Positions 56,868-64,000 of a DNA stretch of 64,000 bases are shown piece by piece. The stretch is from the NCBI GenBank assembly GCA_946965045.2, contig OX337235.1, forward strand, positions 1,550,001-1,614,000, in the 5' to 3' direction. This stretch comes from Epithemia pelagica (taxonomy: Eukaryota > Protista > Bacillariophyta). Position 1 is the first letter of the stretch. Each line of letters begins with the position of its first letter. The notes under the pieces were generated by a model. It saw nothing but the letters and a program-made list of their open reading frames with translations, was not told where the DNA came from and searched no databases. The position numbers and the translations under genes are program-made.

Positions 56868-59800
56868 ATGTCTGCCGAAAAGATGGAAGCAACCGCCACG
56901 GCGGAAGGTACGCAAGACCAGCGTCATTTGTTGCGACGCTTCTCCTGTGACTGTGGCTTGCCGCACATGGTCATTGTGGACGGAGGGAACGTGGTGTGTC
57001 CAGGTCTCAGATTCAAGGCTGAGACATTGGGAGAGAAAGAGCATCAGCCCTGGTATTTGCCGCTCCTTACATCATGAACACTTGTCCATATCATCACCTT
57101 TCTCATCTTGCGTTTGTTTCTTGAACGTTTAATTGGATGCTTCCTGTTTTGTTTGTTGTATGATCCTCTTTCTTCCCGAAATCTCTCAACCATGACTGCT
57201 TGGGTTCCTAGTGGATGAGAAACTCTATTCTCGTCAGTTGTACGTCATGGGTCATGAAGCCCAACGTCGCATGATGGCTTCGAATGCCTTGGTAATTGGT
57301 TTGTCCGGTTTGGGTGTGGAAATTGCCAAGAATTGCATCTTGGCTGGCATTCATTCCATTACCCTTTGTGATCCATCGCCACCTACCTCGTTTGATTTGG
57401 GTGGTAACTTTTATTTGACCGAAGCGGACTTGACCAAGTCGGGTTCGTCCCGTGCGGAACTCTGTCGTCCCACCTTGGCGCAATTGAATCCCTACGTGCA
57501 AGTCCAAACGGCGAGCTCGGTCACGTCGCTTTCCGATGTCGCCGCCCTTTCGAGTTTGATTGAAAGTGGTGGCATGACCGTCGTGGTAGTTACCATTCCC
57601 TTGCCCAAGGAAGTCATTGTGCAACTCAATGAAAAATGTCGTCAACAAGGTGCCTCCTTCATTTACACCATGACCATGTCCGTCTTTGGTATGGTCTTTT
57701 GTGATTTTGGTGACTCCTTTGTCGTCTCGGACAAGGATGGCGAAGCGGCTGCCACCTCACAAATTGAATCCGTCTTGGCAGAAAATCCTGCCGTCATCAA
57801 GGTGTTGGAAGATCAAGGCCGTCATGGATTGGAAACAGGAGACAAGGTCACCCTGGCTCGATTAAAGGGATTGGACGGATTTTTGAAAGAAGGCACAGAA
57901 TATACCGTAAAAGCCACTGGACCCTACACCTTTAGTTTGCCGGATGTCGATTTATCAAACATGCCCACAACGGCCTCGGAACCGCAACAGGGATATATTA
58001 CGCAAATCAAACAACCCGTCACCATGCAGTTTGAACCCTACGCCAAAAAGGTGGACGAACCGGGCGAGTACATGTTGTCTGACTTTGCCAAGTTTGACCG
58101 TCCTCCCATTTTGCATTTGGGATTTCAAGCCATTGTCGAATACATGACCAAGAACAATGGCGCCCTGCCCCAGCCGGCCGATACTGCCGCCATGCAACAA
58201 GTGTGGGAATTGGCCAAGGCCTTGGATACGGCCGAAACCAAGGTGTTCAATGAGGACACGAGCAGCAAGGCAGAACGACTTTTGAAGCATTTGGCATCGG
58301 GAAGTCAGGCCGTTCTGAGTCCCATGTGTGCCACCTTGGGTGGATTGGTGGGACAGGAAGTACTCAAGGCCTGTTCGGGAAAATTCACACCCATTTCGGG
58401 CTTCTTTTACATTGACGCGGACGAAACCTTGCCCGATCACTTGCCCCTCGATGCGAGTTTGTATGCACCCACCAACGCTCGGTACGACAGTCAAGTTGCT
58501 GTCTTTGGACGAGACATGCAAGAAAAGATTCAGGCCTTGCAGTACTTTATCGTTGGAGCCGGTGCCATTGGTTGTGAAATGCTCAAGAATTGGGCCATGA
58601 TGGGAGTTGGCTGTGGGGATGCCGGACATGTTCATGTCACTGATATGGACCGGATTGAAAAATCCAACTTGTCGCGACAATTTCTCTTTCGCAACACGGA
58701 CATTGACAAGTTCAAGTCGGCAACGGCCGCAGCCGCCGCCAAGGCCATGAACCCTGCCCTCAATATCACGGCCTATCAAGAAAAGGTGGCCCCTGATACC
58801 GAACATATTTTTGGTGATGACTTTTACGACAAGCTTTCGGGTGTGTGTACGGCACTGGATAACGTGGAAGCACGCTTGTACGTGGACCAACGCTGCGTCT
58901 TTTATCGGTTGCCCATGTTGGAAAGTGGAACCCTGGGAACCAAGGGCAATACGCAAGTGGTCGTTCCGCACAAGACGGAAAATTATGGCGCCACGCGTGA
59001 TCCGCCTGAAAAGTCCATTCCGATTTGTACCCTCAAAAACTTTCCCAATCAAATTCAGCATACCTTGCAGTGGGCCCGCGATTGGTTCGAAGGAGAATTC
59101 AAACAAGCGGCCGAAGAAGTCAATTCTTATCTCAGTGTGTCCTCGACGCAAGAATATATGGAGTCCTTGCAGCCCAATTCCAAGTTGGAAACCCTTCGTT
59201 TGATTCGACGCACCTTGGTCGAAGAACGACCCACCTCCTTTGAAGATTGTGTCACGTGGGCTCGCTTGACTTTTGAAAAACTCTTCAACAACCAAATTCG
59301 GCAGTTGTTGCACAATTTCCCACCCGATCAAATCACCAGTAGTGGCACCAAGTTTTGGTCCGGATCCAAACGATGTCCCAAAGTCTTGGTTTTTGATATG
59401 GACAACAAGGATCCCGATGCGGGCATGCGCAATCATTTGGACTTTTGTATGGCCGCTGCCAATCTTCGGGCCAACATGTTTGGTATCAAGGGAAACTTTG
59501 ACCCCGAGTACTTTCGATCGGTCTTACAAAATGTCATTGTCCCTGACTTCACTCCTGTCGATGGCGTCAAGATTGCCGCCAACGACGCCGAAGAAGAAAA
59601 GAATAACAGCAACGACGATGCCATGGATACGAGTGACGCTGAAGCGGAACAAATTCTGCAGAATTTGCCCAAACCTGCTGAATTGGCTGGATTCCGTTTG
59701 GAGAGTATTGACTTTGACAAGGATATTGATGATCACATGTTGTTTGTTACGGCCTGTTCCAATTTACGAGCACTGAATTATTCCATTCCCTGCGAAGACA

Positions 59801-60348
59801 CTCATCGGTCTCGTGCCATTGCGGGACGTATTATTCCTGCCATTGCCACCACGACCGCCTTGGTGACGGGGTTGATTTGTCTGGAACTCTACAAGGTAGT
59901 GGGTACGGCCCGCAAGGAACTGGAATTGGATGCGTACAAGAATGCCTTTGTCAATCTCGCCATTCCCTTCATGACCTTGTCGGAACCGACGGCACCGGCC
60001 AAGACCAAATCCGTCCTCAAGGGCCAGGAATGGAATTGGACCGCCTGGGATTCCTTGGATATGAATTTGGGAGATATCACCATGGGAGAATTTATGGATT
60101 ACTTTGAAAAAGAATACAATCTGGAAATCTCCATGCTGAGTTATGGTGTGTCCATTCTATACAGTTTCTTTGCCAATAAGAAGAAGGTGGAAGAACGTAA
60201 GGCCATGAAAATGACTCAAGTGATTCATTCCATTACGAACAAGGAATTCCCGCCCAATCAACTCTTTATCATTTTGGAAGTCATTGCAAATGAAAAAGAA
60301 ACAGACGAAGAAGTGGAACTTCCTTACATTAAATTTCGATTTCGGTAA
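56868..60348 (+). CDS. UBA1: Ubiquitin-activating enzyme E1; exon 1 56868-56907, intron 56908-57211, exon 2 57212-60348
   Basis: MSAEKMEATATAE|V DEKLYSRQLYV via a phase-1 GT-AG intron; GAGAIGCEMLKN, SNLSRQFLFR, catalytic PICTLKNFP, IIPAIATTTA. Confidence 0.97.
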
Positions 60349-60874
60349 GCTCGCAGACATGGCGAGGAAGACTGCATGCAGCTTTTTAGAGAAGAGAGAG
60401 ATTATAATCTTTCACATCTTGTAACGAACTATTTGGGAAAATAAAAACAAGGAAACATTAGTCTTATTGCATTCCAAATCGAGGTAATACCAGGTTTTGA
60501 GTCTTCGTATAGTAGACCTTTCAGGGGAAACATAACTTGCGATTCTATTTGTTTGTGTTGGCAAATGGGACACTCTTTTGAACGAGACGAACGAATGATA
60601 GACTATACCTCTAGAATAGGTGGTGTCTTCAACACATACATTACCATGGGCACTGGTACGACGACGAGGCCATTGATTTCGTGGTAGTCGATTGTTCTTG
60701 TACAGGGTCATTTGAGTCGCTGTGTTCGGACGAGTCATTGTCATTTGGGTACAGAGCTTTCTATTCAGCAAACCCCGTTATACAAGACCAGGATTGTAAA
60801 CGTTTCTTATATTTTAAATATTTTCTCCTCTTGGATGAGGATGTGCGATCGTTTTTGCCAGAAGGACAATGACC

Positions 60875-63800
60875 CTACTCCTGGATGTTTTCAGGCTTCT
60901 CTGTTCGGAATTCCATCACATCTTCGAAGGACTTTTGCCACTTGGCCGAGGTCCTTCGTGCCATTGCCGATGCGTTTTTCTCCGCTTCCAACTGCTCTTT
61001 GAGTCTGGATATTTCTTCCTGCAGTGACTCTTTCTCTGCAGATTCGTTGGCACGTTCTGTCTCTCGTATCTCCTTCAAGCGTTCAATTTCCAAACTGGCT
61101 GCCGTTCGGGCTGAAATCTCACTGGAAAGCTGCTGGCATAATGACATGAGTTCATCATCATTACTGGCTTCCTGCTGCTGTTTTCGTAAGCGAGCCTGTG
61201 TTTTGTCATCGGACGAAGGGGCCCTTGCCATTTCAAGCTCCTCTTCCAACCTTTTGTTTCTCTTTCGTTCTTGCTGAAGTTCGTGAACATGAAGAACGTC
61301 TGAAGCAATGTAATTGGCGCGTGCTTGGTCGCGTTCGCCCATTACCTTCAAGAGTGCATCGTGAACTGCATAATGGAGACGGCTTGATAGTGCCGCAGAA
61401 GGAATATTGAGAACCTGAGGGGCGATGGATGTTTCAGCCCCATGGTTGGGTATTGTCTTGATCACTCGATCCGCCATGACACTGTTGCTCTCAGCTTTAA
61501 TAATTGATGTTTGACAAACCTCTGCCAGCTTGTGGGTTTCATACAAAGTTGACTGAATACTTTCAAATTCACTTTGAATTTGTGATCGGTAGTTTCTCTG
61601 GTGCTCTGCCCTGTCATCCAGTAAGTTCCTTGTTGATGCATCAGTAAGTCCCAGAAACTCAGTCAAAGCTATAAGTGCGTCAATAGGAAGTTCTGTGTCA
61701 ATCATTGAATTGAGAAACTCGGAGAAAATTTCAGCTAAAATGGGCAACTTGTGTCAGAGCAGCGCTTGTTTGGGGAAGTGCATCAAAACAGGACCCACAT
61801 GCTTCACTTACCATGATAGTCGGTCACGTTCACAGTTGCAGAATTGCCTAACATTCCATCTTCCAACAGGCCAGCGAGTAGTTTAGCTGTAGTTCTCACG
61901 GCTTCCAAGGCAGTGAGGCCAAGTGCTTTTGCTAGGCTTCTCTTTAGCGTGCCATGGTCATCCCTTGGTTCAACTTCCCTTACGTAACTGGGTGGAGGCA
62001 TTCGACCAACACACTCTGATATAGAGGTATGGAGAGCATAAATATCGGAAATCTCTCGAATGACATGTGAATGCGGTTTCTCTGATAGCGAGTCGTGGCT
62101 CTGAAAGATTGCAATGTTAAGCACCTGACCATGTGATGTTTTGTTGTCAGTGTTGTCTTGAGCGAGGTTTTTGATCTTATCAACTTTGTCACCTGATAGA
62201 TCCAGGAGATCTGCTTCCCGCTTTTCCGAGAGGAAGTTGAGATCAATTGGTTTCGCACCAATCTTAACGCGAACGAACCAACGGCCCTCCAAGCGTTTCA
62301 GGATTTCTTCCGGGAAGTCTCCCATTTCAAGAGGATCTGAGGACGTGTCCAATGGTTCAGTAAGACTAACATCACGAAGCTTCAATGAGCCAAGTTCACT
62401 TGCTGCCAGTGAATCAGATGAATTTTGCGGTTTCCGTATGGTCCCCCTTACACTTCTTAAGGCAGCCCCGAACCTCACTCTCATTCCTGGTTTAGCTTCG
62501 TTCTCGTCTGCCAACATGCCGTCTTCAGAGAACTTGCGATGCTGCGAAGTCGGCCCATCAGAGATATCACTTTCAGCGAGGGAGAAATTATCAGTACTTT
62601 GAGCCCTATCTCTCGCACTTGGTTCTGTCGCTGGAGAAGGCGGCTCCGTTCTGTTTTGGTCTGACGATTCGTTTTGCCTTGTTGGTCGTGCAAATGGTCC
62701 TGTCTCAACGGACGATTCGGCACTTGTTGTCGAGCGATTTTGCCGAGTACGATCCGCCACAGCCCTGCCTTTTTCTCGTGCTATTTGCATAGCAGATCCA
62801 AACCTGGACTTTGTCGCTTGGCTAGCAGACCCAAACCTAGACTTTGTCGCTTGTCCCACTCCTGCTAATCTATTTCGGATTTGCAAGCGACGATTCGTTG
62901 TTTCTGGTTGTGATATCATCGACTGCTCATCATTGACATCAGTCAAACTGCGACTTGTTGTCGAACCCGAAACAGAGGTGGAATCAGTGACATCCAACGT
63001 CTCTTGTAGACCAGTGCCTCTCGAGCTATCGCTTTCAGCACCAGGAGTGGGGTTGGCGGCGCCATCCGGATGTGTGCTCGAAGTCTGCTCTTCCGAAATC
63101 GAGACGCTTGAATTTAACTTGTCATGTTCGACAGCTTGCATTGATGCTTCCGTGTTCGATGTTGAACCTTCTACAGCATCTGATAGGGAGCTAGGAAGTG
63201 ATGGAACGACATTCTTTTCCCCATAAGAAGAGGAAGCAGATATTGATCGGGACATCTCTCTTATCCAGATATGGAATTCTCGATCGGTCCCTATTGTTAC
63301 CAAATGCAACATCCCATTGGATTGGACGATCCCAAAAGCCCGCTTCAAGTCTCTCTTTCGACCACCACCAGTCAGCTGATACATTGTGGCTCCCTGAAGT
63401 GATATTATATCAAGTACTTGCGTTTTGCCCGGTGCACTGTACACGAGAATCAATCCTTTCCGTAGGACAGCCCAGTATGGCCAAAGAGTGGAAGTTATAC
63501 CCCCGCGCTGGCCAGTTCTTGTTGGGCTTCCAAGACGTAACCATCCGGTTGCTTGGTTGGAAACAAGTGCAACTGCAGCCAAACGATCCTTTTCTTTTTG
63601 AAAAGCCTCAAATCGCAGTAAATCGAGATAATTCTGCATTTTCTCGAAGAGTCCTCCAACGGAAATACCGTAGCTTCGCAGAAATGAGTGGACTTTATTC
63701 AGTGAGTCCTTCGCATCACGGACACTAATTATTGTCTTTGTGGATGCCACTAAAGCAGGATTTCCACCGTCAGAATCAGATATGGAACTCTCTTTTGTGC

Positions 63801-64000
63801 GGCTTTCACTTCCCTCCATTGCAGACACGATCCTTTTCATATTCGCCACCATGCGTCGAAATCGGGATGCGAAATCACGCAAGCAAGTAAGAAAGTCATC
63901 GAAATCCTCGATTCCTCCAATCTCCATCCCTTCGTTCATCTCGATCCTAGCTTTTGACTTGGTATACGCATAGGAAAAGTTGTGCGGTGGGACCAAATAT
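60875..64000 (-). CDS. PH-domain protein with C-terminal coiled coil, 5'-partial; predicted intron 61735-61811
   Basis: GWLRLG...WPYWAVLRKGLILVYS...FGIV...FHIWIREM (PH fold pattern); the intron joins YH-A-EIFSEF in frame; coiled-coil tail. Confidence 0.78.

Noticed and set aside
54800-59436. Long antisense ORFs (54800-55945 plus, 57955-59436 minus)
   Set aside because: They are shadow frames of PSPH and UBA1 produced by codon bias.

Overview
Eukaryotic nuclear DNA, most likely a pennate diatom or related stramenopile. This is inferred from short GT-AG introns, a CoDi-type Copia element, the LSU rRNA sequence style and bipartite plastid-targeting N-termini. The left ~32 kb is a mobile-element and rDNA mosaic: RPS10, tRNA-Ala(CGC), a DDE transposase remnant, a decayed Copia element with only one LTR, a 5'-truncated RLE-type (CRE-like) non-LTR retrotransposon, and an orphan 3' part of the 28S rRNA gene on the minus strand. 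Main result: the 28S fragment is split cleanly (11796-13204 and 25832-26404) by a 12,633-bp insertion. The insertion encodes an intact 1886-aa HUH-Rep/PIF1 (Helitron2/HLE2-like) transposase, putative accessory ORFs and a captured PP2C fragment. Its ends share the hexamer TCGACT with the target and carry asymmetric inverted repeats and GAA-triloop hairpins. It is therefore a candidate rolling-circle element targeted to 28S rDNA about 360 nt 5' of the R2 site; target specificity cannot be proven from one copy. The right ~32 kb is ordinary host genes: VTC4, RING E3, serine carboxypeptidase, frameshifted NAT, RlmL-like methyltransferase, secreted protein, amino-acid transporter, alpha/beta hydrolase, phosphoserine phosphatase, UBA1 and a PH-domain protein, with several pseudogenes and local duplications. 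All family assignments come from motif recognition by eye; no database search was run.
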